Shown here: positions 1 through 9,308 of the stretch, one piece after another | How the letters are laid out: every line of letters begins with the position of its first letter | Position numbering within the stretch: the stretch's first letter is position 1 | Assembly (NCBI GenBank): GCA_963849635.1 | Contig: CAWKIA010000040.1 | Span: forward strand, 145,022-209,021 | DNA from: an uncultured Chloroflexia bacterium | GTDB lineage: Bacteria; Chloroflexota; Chloroflexia; Thermomicrobiales; UBA6265 | DNA length: 64,000 bases | Reading direction: 5' to 3' | The notes under the pieces: model-generated | What the model was told of the DNA's origin: nothing | Seen by the model: only the letters and a program-made list of their open reading frames with translations | Database searches by the model: none | Program-made: the position numbers and the translations under genes

Positions 1-509
1 CGCCGCAGCGATTCAGCAATTTCTTGCGAACGCGTCTGTTCGACAAGGTCAACCCCGGCCATCTCTACCCGATCGGGGCGACCTCGACCTCGGACGAGGC
101 GCAGGTCGAATGCGACCGCTACGCGGAGCTGCTCGGCGCCGCGCCGCTCGATATCGTTTGCCTGGGTATAGGAGAGAACGGCCACCTGGCGTTCAACGAT
201 CCCCCGGTTGCTGATTTCCATGACCCGGCCGCCGTGAAGATCGTGGAGCTCGACGAGCCGTGCCGCCGGCAGCAGGTCAATGACGGCTGCTTCCCGGCGA
301 TCGAGCAGGTTCCCACCCACGCGATCACCCTGACCATCCCGACGCTCTTGAGCGGGACTCGGCTCGTTGCCGTCGTCCCCGGACCGGCGAAGCGCGAAGC
401 GATTCGGCGCACGCTGACTGGCCCGATCGAGACCGCCTGTCCCGCGTCGATCCTGCGCACTCATGCTGCCTGTACCCTCTACCTCGACCGCCAGAGTTAT
501 GGCGGTTGA
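1..509 (+). CDS. nagB: NagB/Pgl-family sugar-phosphate deaminase/isomerase (glucosamine-6-phosphate deaminase-like), 5' end outside window
   Basis: Frame 3 is open from base 3, and the listed start at 24 is a TTG inside that open frame. The protein contains LGIGENGHLAFNDPP, the signature loop of the NagB/6-phosphogluconolactonase family. It is followed by nagA with a short overlap. Confidence 0.7.
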   Translation, partial: PQRFSNFLRTRLFDKVNPGHLYPIGATSTSDEAQVECDRYAELLGAAPLDIVCLGIGENGHLAFNDPPVADFHDPAAVKIVELDEPCRRQQVNDGCFPAIEQVPTHAITLTIPTLLSGTRLVAVVPGPAKREAIRRTLTGPIETACPASILRTHAACTLYLDRQSYGG

Positions 510-1707
510 CCCCGGTGGGCGGCCGCTTGTGGGTCGAGACGTGTCGAGCGGCGATCCGGTCGCCGTCCACCTGGACGGCGACCGGATCGCCAGCATCGCG
601 CCATTCCCGGTGGCCGACCTTGGGAGCTTGCCGTGGATCGGCCCCGGTCTGGTCGATCTCCAGGTCAATGGGTTCGCCGGGATCGATCTGAACGACGGCG
701 TGGTGTCAGTTGAGGACCTCAGCCGTTTGGCGCGCGCACTCATGGCAGGAGGGGTGACGACCTTCCTGCCGACCGTGATCACCGCGGCCCCGGCTGAGAT
801 CGAGGCACGGGTACGGGCCATCGCCAGCGCGGTCTCCGCCGAGGCCGATCTGGCGAAAGTGGTCGCCGGAATCCACCTTGAAGGACCCTTTATCTCGCCG
901 GAGGATGGTCCGCGGGGCGCCCACCCCGCGGAGCACGTCACCCCGCCGGATTGGGCGCTATTCGAGCGCTGGCAGGCGGCCGCCGGGGGGATGATCAGGA
1001 TCGTGACACTCTCGCCTGAGTGGCCGGGTGCGCCCGCATTAATTGCTCGCTGCTCTGCAGCGGGTGTCATCGCGGCGATCGGGCATACTGCCGCCTCCCC
1101 GGAGCAGATCCGGGCGGCGGTCGAGGCCGGGGCTACCCTCTCGACCCACTTTGGCAACGGCGCTCACGCCATGCTCCCCCGTCACCCCAACTACCTCTGG
1201 GAGCAGCTTGCCGCCGACCGGCTCTGGGCATCGGTCATTGCCGACGGATTCCATCTGCCCGATGCCGTGCTGAAAACGGTCATCGCGGTCAAGGGAGATC
1301 GCGCCATCCTGGTGAGCGACGCGGTCGCCCTGGCCGGGATGCCGGCCGGCGAGTACGAGACCGCGATCGGCTCACGGGTTGTGTTGACACAGGACGGCAG
1401 GCTCCACCTCGCCGCCGATCCTCGGCTGCTGGCCGGATCGGCCAGGCCGCTGGTCGCCGGGATCGCCCACCTCGTCCGTGCCGGTCTGACCGACCTTGGT
1501 CAAGCATGGTCGATGGCGTCGACTCGGCCAGCGGCACTTCTCGGCCACCCCGCCGTGGCCGGACTAACTCCGGGTGCTCCCGCCGACCTCGTCCTGTTCC
1601 GCCATGATGACCGAAATGGGCGTTCGATCTCGATCGAACAGGTCATCAAGTCCGGGCGGAACGTGATCGGCAATGCAATACCCGCATCACTGGGAGGTGC
1701 GTCATGA
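499..1707 (+). CDS. nagA: N-acetylglucosamine-6-phosphate deacetylase
   Basis: ORF 463..1707 carries NagA-type amidohydrolase motifs: DLQVNGFAG, HLEGPFISPEDGPRGAHP, AIGHTAAS, THFGNG. The ATG at 499 (MAVDPGG) overlaps the nagB stop by 11 nt; the ATG at 463 is an alternative start. Confidence 0.85.
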   Translation: MAVDPGGRPLVGRDVSSGDPVAVHLDGDRIASIAPFPVADLGSLPWIGPGLVDLQVNGFAGIDLNDGVVSVEDLSRLARALMAGGVTTFLPTVITAAPAEIEARVRAIASAVSAEADLAKVVAGIHLEGPFISPEDGPRGAHPAEHVTPPDWALFERWQAAAGGMIRIVTLSPEWPGAPALIARCSAAGVIAAIGHTAASPEQIRAAVEAGATLSTHFGNGAHAMLPRHPNYLWEQLAADRLWASVIADGFHLPDAVLKTVIAVKGDRAILVSDAVALAGMPAGEYETAIGSRVVLTQDGRLHLAADPRLLAGSARPLVAGIAHLVRAGLTDLGQAWSMASTRPAALLGHPAVAGLTPGAPADLVLFRHDDRNGRSISIEQVIKSGRNVIGNAIPASLGGAS

Positions 1708-2735
1708 ACGGCGTCGAGGACACCAGAAGGGCGCTTCGCTTTGGGCTGGCCGGCCTGCGGCACCCACATCTCACCTACCTTCTCGATGAGATCGCGCGGC
1801 GACCGGGCACGGTCGAGATCGTTGCAATTGCCGAGGATGACCCAGGGCTGCGCCTGGAGTACGGCCAGCGACTCGGCGGGACGACCTACGCCGACTACCA
1901 GGAGATGCTCTCCCGGGAGACGCTCGATGCGGTCGGCGTGGTCTCGGTCAATGGCGTCAGGGGCAGTGTCGTCGTGGATTGCCTCGACGCTGGCGTCCAT
2001 GTGGTGGCTGACAAGCCGCTTTGTACCACGCTCGCGGATCTGGATCTCGTTGAGGCGGCTTGGCGGCGCAGCGGTCGCTTGCTTTCTCTGCTGCTCGACA
2101 AGCGCTTTTACGCGCCGACGCTGGCGGTGCGCGACCTCATCGCCGCCGGTGAGTTGGGTGATCTCGCCCTCGCCTGGGCGTCGGGCCCGCACCGGCTCCG
2201 CCGGGCGACTCGCCCAGACTGGATGTTCAGCCACGCATCCTATGGGGGCATCCTCAACGACCTCTGCATTCACGACATCGACCTGCTGCTCTGGCTGACT
2301 GGCGCCCAGTCAGGTTCCGTCCAGGGACTCGCCGGCAACCGGGCCTACCCGGATCTGCCCGAGTTCCAGGACCACGGGCAGGTCCTCCTCCGGACCAGCT
2401 CCGGCCTGCTCGCGACGATCGAGGCGCACTGGTTCAGCCCAGAGGCCGCGCCGTACCACGGCGACTACCGGATGGTGCTCACGGGCACGGAGGGCACCGC
2501 CGAGTTGCGCTGGGCCCACAATGAGTTGCTCCTTGCGACCAACCGGCGTCCACCGCACCTGGTACCCCTGCCGCAGCCCGGTTCGGTCGCCGGCGATTTC
2601 CTGGACGCGCTCCTGACTGGAGCAGAGCCGGCTGTCCGCACGGAGGAGATCCTCACCGCAACCCGAGTGGCGCTGCTCGCCCAGACCACCGCCAACAGCG
2701 GCGAATGGCAATCGTGGAGCGCGATGCCGTCGTGA
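1704..2735 (+). CDS. Gfo/Idh/MocA family oxidoreductase
   Basis: 343-aa ORF whose start overlaps the nagA stop (ATGA). It has an N-terminal Rossmann segment (RFGLAGLRH) and the family (E/D)KP motif as VVADKPLC. Confidence 0.8.
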   Translation: MNGVEDTRRALRFGLAGLRHPHLTYLLDEIARRPGTVEIVAIAEDDPGLRLEYGQRLGGTTYADYQEMLSRETLDAVGVVSVNGVRGSVVVDCLDAGVHVVADKPLCTTLADLDLVEAAWRRSGRLLSLLLDKRFYAPTLAVRDLIAAGELGDLALAWASGPHRLRRATRPDWMFSHASYGGILNDLCIHDIDLLLWLTGAQSGSVQGLAGNRAYPDLPEFQDHGQVLLRTSSGLLATIEAHWFSPEAAPYHGDYRMVLTGTEGTAELRWAHNELLLATNRRPPHLVPLPQPGSVAGDFLDALLTGAEPAVRTEEILTATRVALLAQTTANSGEWQSWSAMPS

Positions 2736-2754
2736 TTCACGAGTATCCGGGCTG

Positions 2755-3591
2755 TCAGACCCCGCTGAACGCGCTGAATCCGCCGTCGATCGGGAGGACG
2801 ATGCCGTTGATGAAGCTGGCGCTTGGGCCGCAGAGCCAGACGACAGCGCCGGCGACTTCGTCCGGTACGCCGAATCGCCCCGCCGGCGTGTGAGCGATGA
2901 TCTGGCGACCGCGCTCCGTCGGTGCGCCCGTTTCGTCGATCAGCAGCGCGCGATTCTGCTCGCCGATGAAAAAGCCGGGCGCGATCGCGTTGACCCTGAG
3001 CCCTTCCCCAAATGACCGTGCCAGCTCTGTCGCCATCCAGCGCGTGAAGTTCTCAATCGCGGACTTTGCGGCCGAGTATCCAGCTACCCGGGAGATGGCC
3101 CGGGCCGCAGCCATGGATGAGATGTTGACGATGGAGCCCCGTCCGGCCTCTGCCATCACCGCGCCGAACACCTGGCTCGGGAGCACGCTGCCGAGGAGGT
3201 TCAATTCGACGACTTCGCGAAACGCCTCCAAGGGCAGATCGAAGATCGATCCACCAGGGGGCACTGTCGCCCCGGAGACGTTTCCGCCGGCGGCGTTGAT
3301 GAGGATATCAACGCGGTCCCAGCGCTCCACGAGTGAGTCACGCGCGCGCTCCAGTTGCGCGCGATTCAGCACGTCCGCGGCGATCCCGACGGCATCGTCG
3401 CCGCCCGCCACACTCGCGGCCGCGGCCCGTTCGGCCCGGTCCTGGTCCCGCCCCAGGATCGCTACTCGGGCTCCGGCCCTGGCCAGACCACGCGCGATCG
3501 CGCCGCCAAGAACCCCGGCGCCACCGGTGACGACCGCCACCTGCCCGTCCAGGGCGAACTGCTCGTGCAACCACCCGTCCGGCACCTGCAT
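2755..3591 (-). CDS. SDR family oxidoreductase
   Basis: 278 aa with the cofactor motif VAVVTGGAGVLGGAIA, NAAG, and catalytic YxxxK as YSAAKSA. Confidence 0.85.
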   Translation of the reverse strand: MQVPDGWLHEQFALDGQVAVVTGGAGVLGGAIARGLARAGARVAILGRDQDRAERAAAASVAGGDDAVGIAADVLNRAQLERARDSLVERWDRVDILINAAGGNVSGATVPPGGSIFDLPLEAFREVVELNLLGSVLPSQVFGAVMAEAGRGSIVNISSMAAARAISRVAGYSAAKSAIENFTRWMATELARSFGEGLRVNAIAPGFFIGEQNRALLIDETGAPTERGRQIIAHTPAGRFGVPDEVAGAVVWLCGPSASFINGIVLPIDGGFSAFSGV

Positions 3592-4249
3592 ATCCCTTCT
3601 ACGTCAGTTCACGATTCACACAGGCACATGCCCGGGCATCGTCGCAATCCGTTTTGCCTCCACCGCTGCCACGAAGACGGTCGAGATGGTGGAGATCGGA
3701 GACCTGCCGTTGACAGACTTGCAACTGTTGCGGCCAATGGCGATGGTACATGCTGTTTAGGAGTCGCTTGTCAGGGGAGGGTTGCATATTAGCCTGCTGG
3801 TTGTTTTCGACCAGGAGCAGGCCACCGGGTCTCGCCTGTAAGGGGATCCGGATGCACAAGGGACGTCTGAGGTCCCTCGCCGTCCCATCCAGATTCGGCT
3901 CAGTCAGGCTGCTCATGATCGGCACTCGCAACCGCCGAGCTATCGGTCTAAAATCGACAGCTTACAGTGGAGGTCCCGTCGCGGCAATCACCGCCGCACA
4001 GCGGCAAGAAGCAGGGTGCTATGACCCTCATCTGGCCATACCCTGGGGAGCTGAAGTGCCGTGCGCTTCCCCATGACGCGACCAGCAGGTGGCTGGGAGT
4101 GTCGCGGTCATGAGCACGGCCCGGCGAACAAGCGAAGATGCCAAGCGGGCTTCCGCCTCGTTTTCACCGCTGACGCTCAGCCGGATGGCGTCACTCTTCG
4201 TGCCGGTGTAGAGCCCTTGCTGCTCAGAGAGGAAAGCCAGGTAGTCGCG

Positions 4250-5041
4250 CTAATCGCGCAGGCCGGAGATACCCCCGTCGACCGGGATGTTGGCGCCGGT
4301 GATGTACGAGGACTCATCGCTGGCCAGGAAGAGCATGGCGTAGGCGATCTCGCGTGGTTCGGCCTGGCGGCCGAGAAGCGTGTGCGGGGCGCCGGCGGCG
4401 CGCATCGCCGCTTCGGCCTCCTCTGGGGTCTCGCCAGTCCGCTTGACGCGGTTGCGGATGTGGAACTGTGTCAGGGTCGGGCCGGGTGAGACGGCGTTGA
4501 CCCGGATGCCCTCCGCCGCATGGTCGCAGGCCATCGAGCGGGTGAGCGCCAGGACGGCGTTCTTGGTGGCGTCGTACTGGCCCATGCCTTTGCGGCCAAC
4601 GGTCGCGTTCGCCGACGAGATGGTGATGACGCTGCCGGCGCCGTGCTTGACCATCTCCGGGATGGCGAACTTGCAGCCATACGCAACGGCGAGCAGATTG
4701 ACGGCGACGACGAAATCCCACGACTCGACCGTCGCCTCGGTCACCGGGCCATGGACGCGCACCGCGGCGATGTTCGCCAGGACATCGAGCCTGCCAAATC
4801 GCTCGATCGTTTCACGGACCGTGCGCTCTGCCTCGGGCTCCTTGGTCAGGTCGGCGGCGATTGCCCCGATGCGGTCGCCACTCGGGTCGATTCCGTCGGC
4901 GGCTGCCTTGGCGGCATTGCCATCGACGTCGACGATCATGACTTTTGCGCCCTCCTCCCAGTAGAGCCGCGCGGTCGCTTCGCCGATTCCACCGCCGCCA
5001 CCTGTAACCAAAGCAACCTTGCCCGCCAACCGCTCGCCCAT
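4250..5041 (-). CDS. SDR family oxidoreductase
   Basis: ORF 4250..5104 trimmed to the ATG at 5041 (MGERLAGKVALVTGGGGGIG), which is preceded by GGGGAGGA. YxxxK is present as YDATKNA. The stop codon is TAG. Confidence 0.85.
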   Translation of the reverse strand: MGERLAGKVALVTGGGGGIGEATARLYWEEGAKVMIVDVDGNAAKAAADGIDPSGDRIGAIAADLTKEPEAERTVRETIERFGRLDVLANIAAVRVHGPVTEATVESWDFVVAVNLLAVAYGCKFAIPEMVKHGAGSVITISSANATVGRKGMGQYDATKNAVLALTRSMACDHAAEGIRVNAVSPGPTLTQFHIRNRVKRTGETPEEAEAAMRAAGAPHTLLGRQAEPREIAYAMLFLASDESSYITGANIPVDGGISGLRD

Positions 5042-5278
5042 CGTCGTCCTCCCCGCCCAATCAGCCGCGTGTCCTCGCCCCGGCCAGCACGACTTTGCCG
5101 GCACATTCGAGGATCAGCCGTAGGGCCGGCTTGTACAATCTGCCCCGCGATCGGTCAAGACTCGTGCAAATCGATCTGTGATCCTACCCGCTTCTCCCGA
5201 CGGGGGTTGTCAGGGGCGGGTGTGCCCGAACATTCTGCGAACGGGTGGTGTGCGGCTGGCGACGGGGAGGCGGGAGCG

Positions 5279-6292
5279 ATGCGGCGAGCGTTATTGGTCG
5301 GAGCTGGGAATATGGGGCGCAACTGGGCGCGGACCCTGCAGGCGTCCGAGCAGGCGCGGTTGGCGGGCTGGGTCGACCTGCGCGGCGATGTGCTTGCCCA
5401 GGCGGCCGCCGACCTCGACCTGCATGATGTCACGCTCGACACCGACCTCGGGCGCGCGCTCGCCACGGTCCGGCCGGATTTCGTGGTGGACGTTACCGTT
5501 CCGGCGGCGCACCACGACGTTACGCTTCAGGCGCTCGCGGCCGGGGTGCCGATCCTGGGCGAGAAGCCCATGGCCGATAGCATCGAGCACGCCCGGGCGA
5601 TGGTGGCGGCGGCGGACCAGGCGGGCGTGCTCTACATGGTCAGCCAGAACCGGCGCTACAACTCGTCCCTCGCCGCGTTGGGTCGCCTGATCGCGGAGCA
5701 GACGGGCCCGATCGGGATCCTCAACTCCGACTTCTCGATGGGCGCGCGCGAGCGGGGCCACCGGCTGGAGATCGCCAGCCCCCTGCTGCTCGACATGGCG
5801 ATCCACGCGTTCGACACGGCCCGGTACCTGGCCGGGGCCGACCCGGTCTCGGTCTACTGCGAGGAGTTCAACCCGCCGTGGAGCTGGTACCGCGGTAACG
5901 CCTGCGCGATGGCGATGTTCGAGATGACCGGCGGGGTGCGCTACACCTACCGCGGGAGTTGGTGCAGCGAGGGGCATCACACCGATTGGGACTGCGAGTG
6001 GCGCGCGGTGGGGCCGAACGGAAGCGCCGTCTGGAAGGGCGGGGACAACGTGCCGGTCGCCGACATCGTAGTGGCCCGTGGCGGATTCCTGCCTGAGACC
6101 GAGTTGCGCCCGGGCGAGGTCATCCCGGCTCCGGCGGGGATCGCCGGGTCACTAGCGGACTTCCTACGCGCGTTGGATACGGGTGCGACGCCGATGGGCG
6201 AGTGCCACGACAACATCAAGAGCCTGGCGATGGTGTTTGGTGCGATCGAGTCGGCGGCCACCGGGCGGAGGGTGTCGTGCCGCCTATGGTGA
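5279..6292 (+). CDS. Gfo/Idh/MocA family oxidoreductase
   Basis: The real start is taken as the ATG at 5279 (MRRALLVGAGNMGRNWA) inside the long ORF 4520..6292. The upstream part of that ORF is antisense to the SDR gene. The EKP motif is present as ILGEKPMA. Confidence 0.8.
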   Translation: MRRALLVGAGNMGRNWARTLQASEQARLAGWVDLRGDVLAQAAADLDLHDVTLDTDLGRALATVRPDFVVDVTVPAAHHDVTLQALAAGVPILGEKPMADSIEHARAMVAAADQAGVLYMVSQNRRYNSSLAALGRLIAEQTGPIGILNSDFSMGARERGHRLEIASPLLLDMAIHAFDTARYLAGADPVSVYCEEFNPPWSWYRGNACAMAMFEMTGGVRYTYRGSWCSEGHHTDWDCEWRAVGPNGSAVWKGGDNVPVADIVVARGGFLPETELRPGEVIPAPAGIAGSLADFLRALDTGATPMGECHDNIKSLAMVFGAIESAATGRRVSCRLW

Positions 6293-6298
6293 GGAAGG

Positions 6299-6853
6299 CT
6301 AACGAGTGCCCGGGGAGAGGCAGCGCTCGATTGAGCCGATCGTCGATGGAGCGAGGGGAGAAGACCCGCTCAGGATACGGTCCGATTGGTCTCCGTTCAG
6401 GGATAGAGGTGAACAGGCCGCCCCTGTCGGCAGGATGTACCGGCGAAACGGATCCTCGTTGCCGATGTCCTGACCCTGGGCCGGTCGGCACGCCGGACGG
6501 TGCCGCCGGGAGGAACGGCCAGAGGACCCGCTGAGAGGCGGGGCAGTCGGCCACGCGACGCGAATGGCGCTGACGGGCAATTGGGTTTTCGCGCGAGCGA
6601 CCCTAGGGAGCCCACTATGAAGGCATGACGCGCAAAACCGTCGTCGCGATGCGTGGACGGAGGGTCGGCCGTGGAATGACTCCCACGGCCGTTCCTTATC
6701 GACGACACGGCCAACCAGAAGCTGCCGCCCGATCTTGGTTTGCTCATCGAGCGTCGCCACCTTCTTCATGAAGTCGCCGGGACAGGGCGTCTCGTCAACG
6801 CCCGTGCCCAGCGCCTCCATCCGTTTGATCTCCTGCACGATTGCGATGGTCAT
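6299..6853 (-). pseudogene. Probable gene remnant: only the first ~55 codons look protein-like
   Basis: MTIAIVQEIKRMEALGTGVDETPCPGDFMKKVATLDEQTKIGRQLLVGRVVDKE has normal composition and GC-rich third positions. The frame then runs through a perfect 8-bp hairpin (GGCCGTGG..CCACGGCC, about 6670-6693) into Arg/Ser/Pro-rich low-complexity sequence. I do not recognise a family. Confidence 0.2.
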
Positions 6854-6985
6854 ACTTTCCGTCACGTCGTCGCCTCGTTACCATGATGGGATGAGACGGA
6901 TGGTGCGCCGGTTCGGGCCGTGGCCGTCGGACGAGTCCGTCAACGTTCTCCCCTACTCGCGTGGCAATGGAGGAGCGCAGTGGAC

Positions 6986-8584
6986 ATGCTGGAACGGACG
7001 AATTCGCACACGGACGTCGCCCGGCAGTTTCACCGGGCGACGAAGTACGTTTCCGTGCCTGATGCGGCGGGCGAAGAGACCTTCATGATGGGCTCACCGC
7101 CGGACGTCGAGAACGCGATCTGGGAAGAAGACTGGTCCGTCGAGCCGTTCCCCTTCAAGGTCTACGAGACGCTCGATCCGATGCCGCTGCCGCGGGATTT
7201 CCCGGCGACCGCCATGCCCGCGCTGGACGCCATCGCCCGGAGCGGCGACGAGCCGGCCGGGGAGCGCGTGCCCGATCTCGCGGCGCTCGCCCGCATCGGC
7301 CTGCTCTCCAACGGCATCCTCAAGCGCGGTTCCCACCGGCCGGGTGGCCAGGTCATCGAGTACCGCGCCGCCGGGGGCACCGGCGCCCGCTACCACCTGG
7401 AGCTGTACTTCGCGTGCGGCGACCTGCCGGACCTCGCCGCCGGTCTCTATCACTACTCCGCCCAAGACCATTCGCTGCGGCAAATCCGGAGCGGTGACGT
7501 CCGCTCGATCCTGGTCGCGGCCGCTGGACGCGAGCCCGGGCTCGCCACGGCTCCCGTCGTGCTGGCGATGACCAGCACTTTCTGGCGCAACGCCTGGCGG
7601 TACAAAGGCCGTGCCTACCGCCACGCCTTGTGGGACGCCGGCACGTGCTTCGCCAACGTGCTCGCGCTCGCCGCTTCGGCCGAGTTGCCCACCCGGCTCG
7701 TTCTCGGCTTTGCCGACGGTCCCGTCAACGACCTGCTCGGGATCGACGGCCACCGCGAAGCGACCCTCGCGCTGTGTGCCATCGGTCGGACCGGGAACGA
7801 AGCGCCGCCCGCGCCAGCCATCCCCCCGCTCGACCTTCCGACCAAAGCGATCTCCTCGTACGAGGTCGACTTTCCGGTGATCGGCTTGATGCACGCGGCG
7901 TCCACGCTTGCGTCGGGGGACGAGGCTGCGGCATGGCGGGGCGACCCACTTCGCCGCGAGACGCCCGAACCAATTGGCGACTTGATCCCACTTCGGCCGA
8001 TCCCAGACGCGGACATCCCGGCTATGTCGGTCGAGGACATCATCCGGGGCCGCCGCTCGACCCGTAACTACGACACGGAGACCCCGATCGGTTTCGACAC
8101 GTTCTCGACCCTGCTCGATCGGTCGATGCGCGGAGTTGCCGCCGATTGCCTCGCGCAGGGTGCGCTGCCGCTGCATGACCAGTACCTCATCGTCAACAGC
8201 GTCGACGGCCTGACGCCCGGCGTCTACCGGGTGCATCCGAGCCGGGGGGCGATCGAGTTGGTCAGGGCGGGAACGTTCCGGAGCCAGGCTCAGCGGCTGG
8301 CCGTCGGGCAGGAGGCCCCGGGCGACGCCCACGTGAACAGCTATTACCTGACCGAACTCGATCCCGTCTTGGAGCGCTACGGCAATCGCGGCTACCGGGT
8401 AGCGCAACTGGAAGCCGCGCTCTCCGGCAGCCGGCTCCACCTTGGAACCCATGCGCTCGGCCTGGGTGCGGTTGGATCGACCTCGCTGGATGACGAGGTT
8501 GTCGAGTTCTTCACGCCGGGTGCCGCCCGAGCGAGCTACATGTTCGTCGTCGTCTTCGGGAAACGCCGGCGCCGGTCCGGGTAG
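6986..8584 (+). CDS. SagB/ThcOx-type tandem nitroreductase-fold dehydrogenase
   Basis: ATG at 6986 lies 10 nt after GGAGGAG. The N-terminus VARQFHRATKY resembles the start of SagB-type dehydrogenase domains. The second half carries IIRGRRSTRNYD, typical of the nitroreductase fold. About 530 aa, consistent with two nitroreductase-like halves. Confidence 0.65.
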   Translation: MLERTNSHTDVARQFHRATKYVSVPDAAGEETFMMGSPPDVENAIWEEDWSVEPFPFKVYETLDPMPLPRDFPATAMPALDAIARSGDEPAGERVPDLAALARIGLLSNGILKRGSHRPGGQVIEYRAAGGTGARYHLELYFACGDLPDLAAGLYHYSAQDHSLRQIRSGDVRSILVAAAGREPGLATAPVVLAMTSTFWRNAWRYKGRAYRHALWDAGTCFANVLALAASAELPTRLVLGFADGPVNDLLGIDGHREATLALCAIGRTGNEAPPAPAIPPLDLPTKAISSYEVDFPVIGLMHAASTLASGDEAAAWRGDPLRRETPEPIGDLIPLRPIPDADIPAMSVEDIIRGRRSTRNYDTETPIGFDTFSTLLDRSMRGVAADCLAQGALPLHDQYLIVNSVDGLTPGVYRVHPSRGAIELVRAGTFRSQAQRLAVGQEAPGDAHVNSYYLTELDPVLERYGNRGYRVAQLEAALSGSRLHLGTHALGLGAVGSTSLDDEVVEFFTPGAARASYMFVVVFGKRRRRSG

Positions 8585-8660
8585 CCCGCCTGCCAAGAAC
8601 GGGTCGACGCCACCCGGCGAACGGACCGGATGGGGATCGGGTTCGACCACCGCGCGGCTA

Positions 8661-8692
8661 CGGTGAGGGGCTCGTCATCGAGCCCCTCACCG
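8661..8692 (+). terminator. Perfect 14-bp GC-rich hairpin downstream of the SagB-like gene
   Basis: CGGTGAGGGGCTCG tcat CGAGCCCCTCACCG, read directly from the sequence. It lies ~80 nt after the stop at 8584. There is no U-tract, so terminator function is uncertain. Confidence 0.3.
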
Positions 8693-9308
8693 AGGCCGAG
8701 GCGCCGGAGGCGGTCGCCTCCGTGCGGGCAGCGCTCGACGTCCGCGCCCGAGCTGGGCCGATTGACGGGAGATCGGGACGGCGCTATCGTGTTGTTCTGG
8801 TGATCAGAACAGCGGAGCGTGGTGGCGGTGGGCCGGCTCACGATTAGGCAGTTCCGGCGGAGCAGCCTCCCGGCGGCGGTGGCGCTGATGGAATCGGCGG
8901 TCGCTGATCCGGCGGACTCCAGCCGGGCCGCCAGCACGAGGTGGAACGCGCTGGCGGAGGCCGCGCAGAACCGCTTCCCGATCGACGCGATGTCGACAGT
9001 GCGCGGGCCGCTGGAGCGAGGCATGGGGCGGAGCCGAGCGCCGAAGTCGGGTTGCGGCGGTACGGCGATCTCCGCTTCGGCGTCAACTCCCACCGCCGCG
9101 TGGAGGAGGCGATCGAGGCAGGGGAGCCCTAGCGGGCGAAGGTCTATTTCTTCGGGATCATGGGGCGTCACCACGAGTTCGTCTTGGGCCTCTCCGGCTC
9201 GGGCGCGACCCCGGATGCCGACGGACGAGCAGCGGCGGCATGACGGCGGCGGGGCGGCCGCGGGAGACCGCCGCCGTGTCCTGCCCGACATCGCAGCGAG
9301 GAGGCGCC

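Noticed and set aside
3600-4060. A lower-GC 460-bp gap between the two SDR genes as a hidden RNA gene or small ORF (3599..3931 minus, 3750..4076 plus).
   Set aside because: Neither ORF has protein-like composition or an RBS, and I could not see any tRNA-like or other known RNA signature. It is probably promoter or spacer DNA.
4520-5278. N-terminal 253 codons of the long plus ORF 4520..6292.
   Set aside because: This part is antisense to the well-supported SDR gene 4250..5041. The Gfo/Idh/MocA homology only begins at the ATG at 5279 (MRRALLVGAGNMG).
6460-6620. Possible TPP riboswitch (a CTGAGA box at about 6531) or cobalamin riboswitch upstream of the SagB-like gene.
   Set aside because: The other conserved TPP elements (ACCTGA...GGGA pyrimidine-sensor arm) are absent on both strands, as is the B12 box (GCCACTG). 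One hexamer is not evidence.
7094-8650. 518-aa minus-strand ORF, with similar long antisense ORFs at 11358..12989, 43044..44252, 58203..59129, 61531..62682, 25018..26139, 25763..27070 and 23496..24719.
   Set aside because: These are shadow ORFs typical of GC-rich DNA. Each lies antisense to a gene with clear family motifs. Their products are Arg/Pro/Gly-rich with no recognisable domains.
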